NCBI GenBank assembly: GCA_033763455.1
Contig: JANRKO010000059.1
Location: forward strand, 1-64,000
DNA length: 64,000 nt
From: Polyangiaceae bacterium
Lineage (GTDB): Bacteria; Myxococcota_A; Polyangia; Polyangiales; Polyangiaceae
Direction of reading: 5' to 3'
Translations under genes and position numbers: made by a program
Notes under the pieces: generated by a model
Seen by the model: the letters and a program-made list of their open reading frames with translations, nothing else
Told to the model about the DNA's origin: nothing
Databases searched by the model: none
In this document: one piece after another, positions 9,287 through 18,745 of the stretch
Numbering within the stretch: the stretch's first letter is position 1
Layout of the letters: every line of letters starts with the position of its first letter

Positions 9287-10894
9287 ATGGGAATTGGGTC
9301 AATGCACCGCTCCAGCCTTGGTTCGCGCGATGGTTTTATGGCTGCGGTTGAGCTTCTCGACCGAGCCGTGCATGAGCTCCGCCTTCTGCCGCCACAGGTT
9401 TTGGTGCTGTATTATGTGGGGGCGGGCCCGATGGCGCTGTTGTGCGCTTATAATTGGGTGAAGCTGAGTACGAATAGCTGGGGTGAGCAGCCACTCGCCT
9501 TATCCGCCCTCGGCCTGGCGCTTGGGTTTGTGTGGATGAAGGCGTGGCAGCTGCGATTTGTCGAACGTTTGCGGCAGTTGGAGCGCGATCCTAAGACATC
9601 GTGGAGCACACGGGCGGCCAAGCTTGCTCAGGCTATGCTGCTATTCCCAGTTGGGTTATTCGCACAAGCTGTTTGCTTGCTGTTGGTCTTCCCGAGCGCT
9701 TGGTCGTCAGCATTTTTTCAACATGCGCTCACCAATATTGATGGCTCTCGGGGCCTCAGGGAGGTGGTTCGCCGCTCGTCGCGCCAAAGTTCCCACTTCC
9801 CTCTTGAAAACCATTTCCTTTGGGGCCTGCTGGGCGCATTTGCGTTCATTCTATATTTCAACATTCTCACCCTCATCCTTTTGTTGCCTCAACTTGGCTT
9901 CATCTTCACGGGTGAGAAGCTGCTAGAGTTCAGTTCGCCGTTGCAAGTATTGAACTCCACGGTGGGTTGTGTCGTAGCCCTTGTAGTCTTTCTGTGTCTC
10001 GATCCGGTGGTCAAAGTCGCCTTTGTGTTGCGGTCGGAACGCTGGGCGGCGGAGCGAGATGGGCGCGATCTCCGAGCGGTGCTGGCAGCCGTGGAGTCGA
10101 GGAAGGCGGCTTCGCGCACGCAGGGAAATTGGCAAGCCGGGGCGCTTGCCGCAGTCCCGCCGGGTGTTGTTGAGCTGAATAGGTCGCTCGATGAGGCGCT
10201 GGAGCACAGCGAGTTTGGCTGGCGCATTCCTCGGCAGGGTGCTCCCAAACTCGGCCGTCCGGATTGGTTGCAGAGCGTGTTTGACGCCATTGGAGACGCA
10301 TTTCACGCCGTGGTTCGCGTCATTGGCAAGCTGCTGAAGGCTCTGTTCGAGTTGGATAATGATCCGAAGGCCCGAGCCGAGGGGGGAATGCGCGCCCCGT
10401 GGCAGATGGAAGACACTGTCGTGGCGCTTACCGCGCTCGTGCTCATTGCGCTTTTGGCTTTCCTTGTTGTGCGCTTGACGCAACTTAAGCCAAAGGTCGC
10501 CACACCTATTGCAAGCGGTTCAAATGTTAAGCTCCCAGATGTTGCTGACGAGTCCACCGATCCGGCCGCTCTTGAGGCGTCGGGGTGGCAGAAGATGGCG
10601 GAGGATTTGTTGCGTCAAGGCCAACCCCGGTTAGCGGTGCGGGCCCTCTACCTCGCGGGTGTTTCAGGTCTCAACGCGGCGGGCCTCGTAACGGCCTCCG
10701 GAACCAAGTCCGTGTTAGACTACCGTATAGAGCTCGGCCGGCGCAGCTTAACTCACGCTGAGGTGGGTCCAGTATTTGGCCAAATCGCAGCACAATTCGA
10801 GCGCGTTTGGTACGGCGAGCACACAGCCACGGCTCAAACGGTGGCGGAGCTTTGTGAGCGCACGGAAAGGCTGATGCACCATGCCCAAGGCTGA
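9287..10894 (+). CDS. Membrane protein with C-terminal DUF4129 domain
   Basis: Multi-TM N-terminus; C-terminal AVRALYLA...L...T.....Y...FERVWYG pattern. Confidence 0.78.
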   Translation: MGIGSMHRSSLGSRDGFMAAVELLDRAVHELRLLPPQVLVLYYVGAGPMALLCAYNWVKLSTNSWGEQPLALSALGLALGFVWMKAWQLRFVERLRQLERDPKTSWSTRAAKLAQAMLLFPVGLFAQAVCLLLVFPSAWSSAFFQHALTNIDGSRGLREVVRRSSRQSSHFPLENHFLWGLLGAFAFILYFNILTLILLLPQLGFIFTGEKLLEFSSPLQVLNSTVGCVVALVVFLCLDPVVKVAFVLRSERWAAERDGRDLRAVLAAVESRKAASRTQGNWQAGALAAVPPGVVELNRSLDEALEHSEFGWRIPRQGAPKLGRPDWLQSVFDAIGDAFHAVVRVIGKLLKALFELDNDPKARAEGGMRAPWQMEDTVVALTALVLIALLAFLVVRLTQLKPKVATPIASGSNVKLPDVADESTDPAALEASGWQKMAEDLLRQGQPRLAVRALYLAGVSGLNAAGLVTASGTKSVLDYRIELGRRSLTHAEVGPVFGQIAAQFERVWYGEHTATAQTVAELCERTERLMHHAQG

Positions 10895-12107
10895 GCTGAG
10901 CGGTCGCTTGGGGCTCCTCATCGTGGTGCTTGCGGTGGTTGCGGGCCTTTTCCAGGTGGTGAAGTCCCGCGTGCAACAGGGTGACTCGTTTCCCGCCGGC
11001 TCAGCTTTTCGGAGCGAGCCAAGTGGGCTTCGGGTGCTTCACGATGCCCTCTTGTCGCAGGGAAAGAAGTCAGTACGGCGGGAGCGCGTCCAGCTGAGCA
11101 GGCGAGCCGATCTCTCGCGTACCACACTGCTACTCGCGGCTATATCGCCTCAAGATTTTTACACCACCGACGATAGGCTCATGGGAAGTTTAACTGCGCT
11201 GGTGCAGGCCGGCTTGCGGGTAGTGGTCCTTCTGGACACAGATGTTGCCGAACGCTGCGATTCGGAGCGTTGTGGGGTGGGGGAGTTCTTTTCCGAGGGC
11301 TCTGAACAGGAGGCTCAAGCTAAAAAGGAGGCGAAGCACAAGTCCAAGAAGCACTCGGCTGGGTTATTCGAGGAGTGGGGGATCTCGCTGAGTGGCGCCA
11401 GTCAAGCCAAAGCGCAACGTGTTGTGCGTGCAGCAGCCAGCCCAGAGTGGCTCGCCAATCATCTCCCCTGGCGGGGGCGAGCCTTTTTTACGCCCGAAAA
11501 CGCGGCCTGGCGCGTGGTGTATGAGCAGGTGAACAAGGCCGTTGTGGTCGAGCGAAAGCTTGGAAAAGGAGAGCTTGTGGTGGTGGCTTCTACCTACCCA
11601 GTGAGTAACGAGGCCATCGCGCAAGAGCGCGCCACAAGTTTCATTCTGTGGCTTGTTGGCGAGCGCCCCAACATAGTCTTCGAAGAGACGCATTTGGGCC
11701 TTCAGGAACCAAAGGGCATAGTTTCCATGGCTCGGAGCTACGGGCTTGAGGGTGCCCTATATGGCCTTTTGGTTGCGAGCCTGGTCTATGTCTGGTACGC
11801 CGGCAGTCCATTGGTGCGGCGAGCTCCGCGCAGCGTGCGCTCGGAGTCGATCAACTCGCCTCTTGCTGGGTTTTCTTCGTTGCTCATGCGCGCGGTTCCA
11901 CCCAAAAATCTGCTACAGACATGCCTTAGCACCTATCTCGCTTCGCTGTCCCAGGTGAAGCGTGCGGCGTTCGCCCAAAGCGCAGCTTCTAACTCTGCGC
12001 CATCAAAACCTAACGTCCTTAAGGCTACTATCGACGAGTACAACCAAGTTGTTGCTCACGTCACCGCGCAACGCTCCGTTGTTCACCAAAAAGCACACCC
12101 ACTATGA
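10881..12107 (+). CDS. DUF4350-domain protein
   Basis: N-terminal TM, S-x-x-PSG motif, GKGELVVV..SNEAI, IVFEETHLG, second TM; directly upstream of the MoxR ATPase. Confidence 0.72.
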   Translation: MPKAELSGRLGLLIVVLAVVAGLFQVVKSRVQQGDSFPAGSAFRSEPSGLRVLHDALLSQGKKSVRRERVQLSRRADLSRTTLLLAAISPQDFYTTDDRLMGSLTALVQAGLRVVVLLDTDVAERCDSERCGVGEFFSEGSEQEAQAKKEAKHKSKKHSAGLFEEWGISLSGASQAKAQRVVRAAASPEWLANHLPWRGRAFFTPENAAWRVVYEQVNKAVVVERKLGKGELVVVASTYPVSNEAIAQERATSFILWLVGERPNIVFEETHLGLQEPKGIVSMARSYGLEGALYGLLVASLVYVWYAGSPLVRRAPRSVRSESINSPLAGFSSLLMRAVPPKNLLQTCLSTYLASLSQVKRAAFAQSAASNSAPSKPNVLKATIDEYNQVVAHVTAQRSVVHQKAHPL

Positions 12108-13075
12108 TGACTCAAAACGCTCCCCTTTCACTCACCTCCACGTTGGATCGCGCTCGGAGCCAGATTTCCAAGGTCATCGTCGGCCAAGCCGCTGTGGTGG
12201 ATCAGGCATTGATTGCGGTTCTCACCCGCCAACACGCCTTGATCGAAGGGGTGCCCGGGGTCGCCAAGACGCTACTAGTGCGAACACTGGCTCACGTGCT
12301 TGGAGCCGAATTTGGTCGCATTCAGTTCACACCGGATATGATGCCGAGCGACATCACGGGCATGAATGTGTTTGACACCAAGCGCGGGGAATTTCAGCTT
12401 GTGCGCGGGCCTATATTTACGGAGTTCCTATTGGCAGACGAAATCAATCGTTCGCCGGCACGCACCCAAGCCGGGTTGCTGGAGGCCATGCAGGAGCGCA
12501 GCGTTACAATCGATCGCGTAACGTACAAGCTGTCAGATAACTTCATTGTGTTCGCCACCCAGAACCCTATCGAACACGAGGGTACTTACCCTCTTGCGGA
12601 GGCGCAAAAAGATCGATTTCTGATGAAGATCGACGTCGGTTTGCCAGAACGCGCCGAAGAGCTGACGCTGGGGCAGCGAACGCTCGGCCTCGACGCTCCC
12701 GAAGCCACGCTCAAACAAGGTGGCCTTGTGCCGGTGCTCACGGCTCAGGCACTCGATACTTTGCGCGGGGAATTGCAGCGAGTTGTGGTGCGGCCGGAGC
12801 TCCTCACGTATGCGGTGGATGTGGTGCGCCGGACGCGCGTGGATGAGGCCGTTTTGGTGGGGGCCGGGCCCCGAGGCACGCAAGCTCTCTTGTTAGCGGC
12901 TCGCGCCCACGCGGCCATTTGTGGGCGGGATTTCGTCACGCCGGACGATATTCGGAAGCTTGTTGTGCCAACGTTGGCGCACCGCACTGTGTTGAAACCT
13001 GAGTACGACCTCGAAGGCTTGACCATTGCTGAGGTTCTCGCACGAGTGATGACGGAGGTTCCTGTCCCGCAATGA
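12104..13075 (+). CDS. moxR: MoxR-family AAA+ ATPase
   Basis: Walker A EGVPGVAKT, RIQFTPDMMPSD, Walker B LADEINR, ATQNPIEHEGTYPL. Confidence 0.95.
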   Translation: MMTQNAPLSLTSTLDRARSQISKVIVGQAAVVDQALIAVLTRQHALIEGVPGVAKTLLVRTLAHVLGAEFGRIQFTPDMMPSDITGMNVFDTKRGEFQLVRGPIFTEFLLADEINRSPARTQAGLLEAMQERSVTIDRVTYKLSDNFIVFATQNPIEHEGTYPLAEAQKDRFLMKIDVGLPERAEELTLGQRTLGLDAPEATLKQGGLVPVLTAQALDTLRGELQRVVVRPELLTYAVDVVRRTRVDEAVLVGAGPRGTQALLLAARAHAAICGRDFVTPDDIRKLVVPTLAHRTVLKPEYDLEGLTIAEVLARVMTEVPVPQ

Positions 13076-14445
13076 TCGCCCCTAGCTCCAGGCTCGTGGG
13101 AGTGGTTTGCGTAGTAGGTGTGCCGGCAGCGGCGCTCTCCACGTTCAGCCAAGAATACGGTTTTGTCGGCGCCGTTGCGTGTATTGCACTGGTGGCTGCC
13201 GCCCTCTTGGATGCAGTGGTTTCCCTGGGGCGATTGGGCGAAGTCGAGGCGAGCTTGCCCGTGAAGCTGCAGTTGGTGCACGGTCGCTGGTCGCCGCTCA
13301 TCTTGAGCCTAAAAAATCCTCGCAGTCGAGGTCTAAGCGTTGCGTTGGAGGCCACCGAAGGCTTGTCGGCAATGCCGACAGTGCTGGCTGTAACAGCAGC
13401 CGTGGGTGCCTTTTCGGCAGCAGAATTCAGGGTAAAAGCCGAGCAGCGGGGTTTTTCGCGGATAACAAGTTGTCGCCTGGAAACGCCCTCTTGGCTCGGA
13501 TTTTGGCACGTACGCCGCGAGTGTCCGGTACAATGTGAATTATCAGCATACCCAGATTTGCATACGGAGCAGCGACTCATAGCTGGCCTTTTCAGTGCGC
13601 ACTCAGCGTCGGGCCTGCACCGTTTTCGTCAAGTTGGGCGTGGGCGTGAATTCGAGCGCGTTCGTGACTACGTACCCGGCGATCCAAGTGAGCATATTCA
13701 CTGGAAGGCTAGTGCCAAACGCGGGCGGCCAGTTACCAAGCTCTTCCAGGCCGAACGCTCACAACGCATCTACGTTGCCATTGACGCCTCGCGCACCTCG
13801 CTTAGGAGCTCCGCCCGTAATAACGAAGTTGAGGAGTCACCGCTTGCGCCACCTGGCGCAGATGCTACCGGCCAACACGAAGCCGTATTGGAGAAGCTGA
13901 TCCGTTCGGCGTTGTTGTTGGGCAAAGTAACCGAACGGATGGGAGACCAGTTCGGTTTACTAACGTTTAGCGACCGCGTTGAAGCTTTTCTTCAGGCTAA
14001 GCGTGGGTCCACGCATTTTCGTGCCTGCCGCGAGGCGCTCGTCACGCTCAGGGGTGCTCAGGTGAACGCGGATTACTCTGAATTGTTCTCTTTCATCGGC
14101 AGTCGCATTCAGCAACGTTCGCTCATTATTGTGCTGACCAACCTTGAAGATCCCGCGCTTTCCGAGGAGTTTGCCGAGGCCGTGCGCCTGGTGCGTCAGA
14201 AGCACCTGGTGCTGGTCACTTCAATCGTCGATCCAAGGCTCGGGCCCCTGTTTGAAACGGGGCCTGTGGAAAGCCTCGATCAAATTTACGAAAAGCTTTC
14301 GGGCCATCTCGTCTACGCACGCCTGCTGGAGCTCAAGCGGGAGCTCGGGTCGCGCCAAGTGGAGCTCGCCACCGTGCAGAGCCTTGGCCTTACGGCTCAG
14401 GTGGTTGACGCCTACATCGGTGTGAAACGGAGGCAGCTCCTGTGA
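13072..14445 (+). CDS. DUF58-domain protein (vWA-like)
   Basis: GREFERVRDYVPGD..HIHWKASAK and DxSxS-like IDASRTS motif; coupled to moxR. Confidence 0.9.
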   Translation: MIAPSSRLVGVVCVVGVPAAALSTFSQEYGFVGAVACIALVAAALLDAVVSLGRLGEVEASLPVKLQLVHGRWSPLILSLKNPRSRGLSVALEATEGLSAMPTVLAVTAAVGAFSAAEFRVKAEQRGFSRITSCRLETPSWLGFWHVRRECPVQCELSAYPDLHTEQRLIAGLFSAHSASGLHRFRQVGRGREFERVRDYVPGDPSEHIHWKASAKRGRPVTKLFQAERSQRIYVAIDASRTSLRSSARNNEVEESPLAPPGADATGQHEAVLEKLIRSALLLGKVTERMGDQFGLLTFSDRVEAFLQAKRGSTHFRACREALVTLRGAQVNADYSELFSFIGSRIQQRSLIIVLTNLEDPALSEEFAEAVRLVRQKHLVLVTSIVDPRLGPLFETGPVESLDQIYEKLSGHLVYARLLELKRELGSRQVELATVQSLGLTAQVVDAYIGVKRRQLL

Positions 14446-15458
14446 TTGTCGATCTTGAGCAGTTTGTGGCGAAAAACTCTTCATTTTGGGATGAGCTGGC
14501 TGCACTTCTTGCGCGTATTGAGCAGAACCCAGACAAACCTTTCACCCTCGCAGAAGCCGAGAAGCTGCATTATCTTTATCAGCGCGCAGTGAGCGGGCTG
14601 GGCCGCATTTCCGGCCTTCCTCCCAGCAATGAGCTTCGGCGTTATCTAGAAGCGCTGGTGGCGCGCGCGCACGTGGAGCTCCACGATGCCCGAAGGCGCG
14701 GGACGCCCTTTCGTCCGCTAGCCTGGTTTTTTGGAGTTTTCCCTCGCACGTTTCGGCGACATTTTCGCGCCTTTCTCATTGCCAGCCTGGTGACGCTGCT
14801 GGGCGCACTTTTTGGTGGCTTTGCGCTCGCCGTTGACGACACGGCTAAGGATACACTCCTGCCTTTTTCTCATCTCCTCGGAGATCCGAAGGAACGAGTA
14901 CTGGCTGAAGAAGCTGGTGATGTGCAGGACGAAGGGAGGGGAACCTTCGCAAGCTTTCTGTTCCAGAATAATCTGAGCGTGAGCATTCGTACCTTGGCTT
15001 TCGGATTGTTCTGGGGCATCGGCTCTGTACTGTTGTTATTCTACAATGGTGTCATTCTAGGGGCCGTGTGTTTCGACTATGTACGCGCGGGGGAGGGCGT
15101 ATTTTTGGCGGGGTGGCTCTTGCCCCACGGTGCCACCGAGATCCCCTCGATCTTAATTGCGGGTCAGGCAGGCATTTTGCTTGGGCGCGCCATTATTGGC
15201 TGGGCCGATGAAACACCGCTGGTCGAACGTCTGAGATCTCTTGCTCCTGACCTCGTAACGCTAATTGGTGGGGTCGGAGTGCTCTTGGTGTGCGCTGCGT
15301 TGGTGGAATCCTTCCTTTCTCAACACCACGCACCGGTGTTGCCGTATGCCGCCAAGATAGCCTTCGGGGTGGTAGAGCTCATCGCACTCGGCGCTTTTCT
15401 TGGCATGAGCGGTCGGCAGCGGGGGCTGCCGGGGAGGCGCTGGGGCTATGGCAAGTAG
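14442..15458 (+). CDS. Stage II sporulation protein M (SpoIIM/DUF95) family membrane protein
   Basis: LFQNNLSV, YNGVILG, LPHGATE, AxxVESFLS motifs. Confidence 0.88.
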   Translation: MIVDLEQFVAKNSSFWDELAALLARIEQNPDKPFTLAEAEKLHYLYQRAVSGLGRISGLPPSNELRRYLEALVARAHVELHDARRRGTPFRPLAWFFGVFPRTFRRHFRAFLIASLVTLLGALFGGFALAVDDTAKDTLLPFSHLLGDPKERVLAEEAGDVQDEGRGTFASFLFQNNLSVSIRTLAFGLFWGIGSVLLLFYNGVILGAVCFDYVRAGEGVFLAGWLLPHGATEIPSILIAGQAGILLGRAIIGWADETPLVERLRSLAPDLVTLIGGVGVLLVCAALVESFLSQHHAPVLPYAAKIAFGVVELIALGAFLGMSGRQRGLPGRRWGYGK

Positions 15459-16236
15459 GCTCGACGCTCTCATTGTGGAAACCGGGGATGGTGTGGAGTT
15501 CACGTTGCCGCTCGCAGGCGTGATGACCCGCTTTCTGGCTTGGTTCTTGGACCTATTTGTGATCGGCGCGATCAGCACAGCTGGCACACAGTTGGTGGGG
15601 CTATTTTCAGTTTTTTCTTCTGACGCCGCGCAAGCATTCCGGATAGTGCTCTTTTTCGCTGTGTCCACTGGCTATGCGTTTACCTGCGAATGGCGCCTGC
15701 GCGGGCAGACGATAGGAAAGCGGTTGTTTGGTATCCGAGTGGTAGATGCGGAGGGCATGAAGCTCAAGGTGTCGCAGTTGATCTTGAGAAACCTGCTACG
15801 GATGGCGGATATGTTGCCGTTGGCCTATGTGGTGGGCGGCGCTGCCATGCTGCTCAGCAAGAAGGCACAGCGCCTGGGGGATTTTGCGGCCGGCACTGTT
15901 GTGGTTCGGGTGGTCAATTGGGAGCTGCCCGCCCTCGCCGGGCTCTTGGGGGACGAGTATAACACGTTGGCGGAGCACGCGGTGGTGGTGGCGCGTCTCC
16001 GGCGCGAAGTGGAGCCGAGTGCTGCCCAGGCTGCGCTCGGCGCGTTGATGCGGAGAGAGCACCTGGATGCAGAGCATCGTGTGCTGCTTTTTGGCGAATT
16101 CGCGCGACATTTTAAGTCGTTGGTGCGATTCCCCGAACACGCATTAACGGGTATGAGCGACGAGCGATTCGTTCAGAACGTCGTAAGGCTCTTATTCCAG
16201 AAGGAAAAGCTTAAGGTGCCTGCGGCGCGGACTTGA
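15448..16236 (+). CDS. RDD-family membrane protein
   Basis: RFLAWFLD, GQTIGKRLFGIRVV, QRLGDFAAGTVVV. Confidence 0.9.
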   Translation: MASRLDALIVETGDGVEFTLPLAGVMTRFLAWFLDLFVIGAISTAGTQLVGLFSVFSSDAAQAFRIVLFFAVSTGYAFTCEWRLRGQTIGKRLFGIRVVDAEGMKLKVSQLILRNLLRMADMLPLAYVVGGAAMLLSKKAQRLGDFAAGTVVVRVVNWELPALAGLLGDEYNTLAEHAVVVARLRREVEPSAAQAALGALMRREHLDAEHRVLLFGEFARHFKSLVRFPEHALTGMSDERFVQNVVRLLFQKEKLKVPAART

Positions 16237-17986
16237 GCGCTGCACGAAAGGAATCTTTCTCAACGGCCTTCGCATAGGCTTCTTCCGGATCCACAATCCC
16301 TTTTCTTACGAGGTCGATCAGCGCCTCGTTGAGAAGGCGCATCCCCTGGGTGCGCGCGGTCTGCATGATGGAAGGGATTTGGAACGTCTTGCCCTCGCGA
16401 ATGAGATTGGATACGGCTTTGGTCACCAGCAGGATCTCAAGTGCCGCCGCTCGACCCCCGCCGATCTTCTTGCACAATGTTTGGCTGACTACACCCTTTA
16501 GGGATTCACTCAGCATCACACGGATCTGTTCCTGTTGGTCCGTCGGATACTGGTCAATAATGCGATCGACTGTGGAATAGGCAGTGGTGGTGTGGAGTGT
16601 TCCGAGCACCAAATGGCCTGTTTCTGCAGTTTCCATCGCGATGGAGATGGTTTCAAGATCTCGCATTTCGCCGACCAGAACGATATCTGGATCTTCGCGT
16701 AGAGCCGCACGCAAAGCGCGTTTGAAAGATTGCGTGTGAACGTTCACTTCACGCTGATTTACTAAGCATTTCTTATTCTCGTGCACAAACTCGATCGGAT
16801 CTTCGATGGTGATGATGTGGCCTGAGCGAGTGCGGTTGATGAGGTCCACCATGGCGCATAGCGTGGTGGATTTGCCGCTGCCAGTTGGGCCTGTTACCAG
16901 CACTAAGCCCTTGGTAAGGTTGCACATGTCGGTGATGGCTTGCGAGAGCCCGAGCTGCTCTGCGGTCAAGATCTTGCTTGGAATGATGCGAAAGACGCCG
17001 CCAATGCCCTTTCTGTCCATAAAGAGATTGGCGCGAAAGCGGGCTTCACCAGCGAGCGCATAAGCAAAGTCTGTGTCGTTGTCTTCGTCGAACTGCTTAC
17101 GGTTGCGCTCCGGAATAATTGGCCAGACGAGCTCACGCATCTGTGCGCTGCTGATGCGCCCGTAGCGATCCAGCCGTACCAGTTCCCCATCTTTTCGGAT
17201 CATTGGGATTTCATCCGAGCTCAAGTGCAAATCCGAGCCGCCCTGTTCTATCAGCAGGCGAAAGAACGTGTTCATGTCGAGCTTGCCGTTGGCCGAGGCT
17301 TGCGGCACGGCTAGCGGTGGCGCCACTCGTGGCGCGGAAGCCGTCGCGGCAGGGGCCGGCGCCGCGTGAGCAGATGCGACGGGAGCCGGCGCCAGGGGAG
17401 CCACCCGTGCCCCCGGAGCGTTGGGGGGAAAGGGGGCCTCGAACTCAAGACTGTCCTTGGGCAGCTCCGGCGCGCGCGGAACCTCCAAGCGGCTCCCAAA
17501 ACCCAACACAGCCGGCATCGACGACACACGCGGTACGCCGCTCGGGGGACCGCCCACTGCAGGAGTTGAGGGAAGCGTGGCTGAATTCGCTTGGCTAAAA
17601 GCGTCCGCACGATCAGGTGCCGTCGGGGCGGCCAGGACATCATGCCCGTCCAGCTCCAGCATGCTGGGCATCTCGCGGCGGTTGTCGCTCGGCCGCACGG
17701 TGCATTCAACGCGGCCCTTCCAGTCACGAATACTCACCTCCACCGAGGGCAACCCAGGCGGGGTGTAAATGAAATCCGAAGCGCCAGCGCGCGACAATTC
17801 GGTCATGTTGTCAGCTGTCGCGATTTCAGAAATGAGAAACTGGAGTTGGCCAGCGGTCGGGCGCTTAGGGCTCAGCTGAGTGGCTTGTCCGGCTACAATC
17901 ATGATGGGATCCGCGCCGCCCACCATTTTGATGGCGCTAGCTTGCCGAGAAAACATGGCTCCGATGAACTTGTCAAATTGCGGCAT
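16211..17986 (-). CDS. pilT: Type IV pilus retraction ATPase PilT with long N-terminal extension
   Basis: SDLHL, GPTGSGKST, TIEDPIEF, ALREDPD, GEMRD, GHLVLGTLHT, VSNLIRE (AIRNLIRE-like). Confidence 0.93.
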   Translation of the reverse strand: MPQFDKFIGAMFSRQASAIKMVGGADPIMIVAGQATQLSPKRPTAGQLQFLISEIATADNMTELSRAGASDFIYTPPGLPSVEVSIRDWKGRVECTVRPSDNRREMPSMLELDGHDVLAAPTAPDRADAFSQANSATLPSTPAVGGPPSGVPRVSSMPAVLGFGSRLEVPRAPELPKDSLEFEAPFPPNAPGARVAPLAPAPVASAHAAPAPAATASAPRVAPPLAVPQASANGKLDMNTFFRLLIEQGGSDLHLSSDEIPMIRKDGELVRLDRYGRISSAQMRELVWPIIPERNRKQFDEDNDTDFAYALAGEARFRANLFMDRKGIGGVFRIIPSKILTAEQLGLSQAITDMCNLTKGLVLVTGPTGSGKSTTLCAMVDLINRTRSGHIITIEDPIEFVHENKKCLVNQREVNVHTQSFKRALRAALREDPDIVLVGEMRDLETISIAMETAETGHLVLGTLHTTTAYSTVDRIIDQYPTDQQEQIRVMLSESLKGVVSQTLCKKIGGGRAAALEILLVTKAVSNLIREGKTFQIPSIMQTARTQGMRLLNEALIDLVRKGIVDPEEAYAKAVEKDSFRAALKSAPQAP

Positions 17987-17998
17987 GGGGGTGTTTCT

Positions 17999-18523
17999 CT
18001 AGGAGTTTTCAGCGGCGAGGGGCGGGACCGTAACGCTTGGGTTGTGATCTTTGGCCGTACAAATGGCATCCCGATTCACGTAGTAAATCTGCTTTTCGAC
18101 GATAACGGGGAGAAACGTGTTTTGTCCGTTGAGCCAATCCAAGGTTCGGGAACGCCCTTGGGGTAGTGCGACATAAATCATTCCCGTAATGGATTCATCG
18201 CAGGTTAGCTCCAGGCTCACCCTTACTTCGCTTGACGATGCTCGGGCTGAACGTGAGCGATCATCGGTTGGCTTTTGCGCCTTGACGTACACGATGCAAG
18301 CCTTGGCAATGAGCAGAGCTTCACGTGTCGGCGCTTGGGCGAGCTCGCTCGCGAGAGGAAAGAAGGAATTGGATTCGTTCAACCGATCTTCGATGGTTTC
18401 AGCACCCAAATGGCGTCCAGCGGCGGGACGCAAGAACATCCAGCCGGAGAGGCAACGTCCGTTCCTGAGCAGCACTTCCACCCGTTGACTGTGCGTTTCC
18501 AACTGAAAGTCGCTGTCGCTCAT
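17999..18523 (-). CDS. Hypothetical protein with internal tandem repeat (DUF6812-like)
   Basis: Two repeats of V.v.l..G..i.G.......D.LN....F.P....v....I; 12 bp upstream of pilT. Confidence 0.6.
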   Translation of the reverse strand: MSDSDFQLETHSQRVEVLLRNGRCLSGWMFLRPAAGRHLGAETIEDRLNESNSFFPLASELAQAPTREALLIAKACIVYVKAQKPTDDRSRSARASSSEVRVSLELTCDESITGMIYVALPQGRSRTLDWLNGQNTFLPVIVEKQIYYVNRDAICTAKDHNPSVTVPPLAAENS

Positions 18524-18745
18524 GGTTCCCTGCCTCGAAACGAGATTTGTCCAGCTTGATAGGCGGCAGCTCGGCCCGGGCAGTTAAGGGCCGTGGCCCT
18601 CAAATTGAGACAACACATAGGTGTAGGCGCGAGTAGGATCTTCGCTCCGCCGAAGCTTTTTTTGCCCAAGGAGCCACCTTCATTGGCTTGTGGACGCAAG
18701 GCGCACACTCAAAGGGCCGTAGTGGGCATGGGAACGTAGTCTTTC

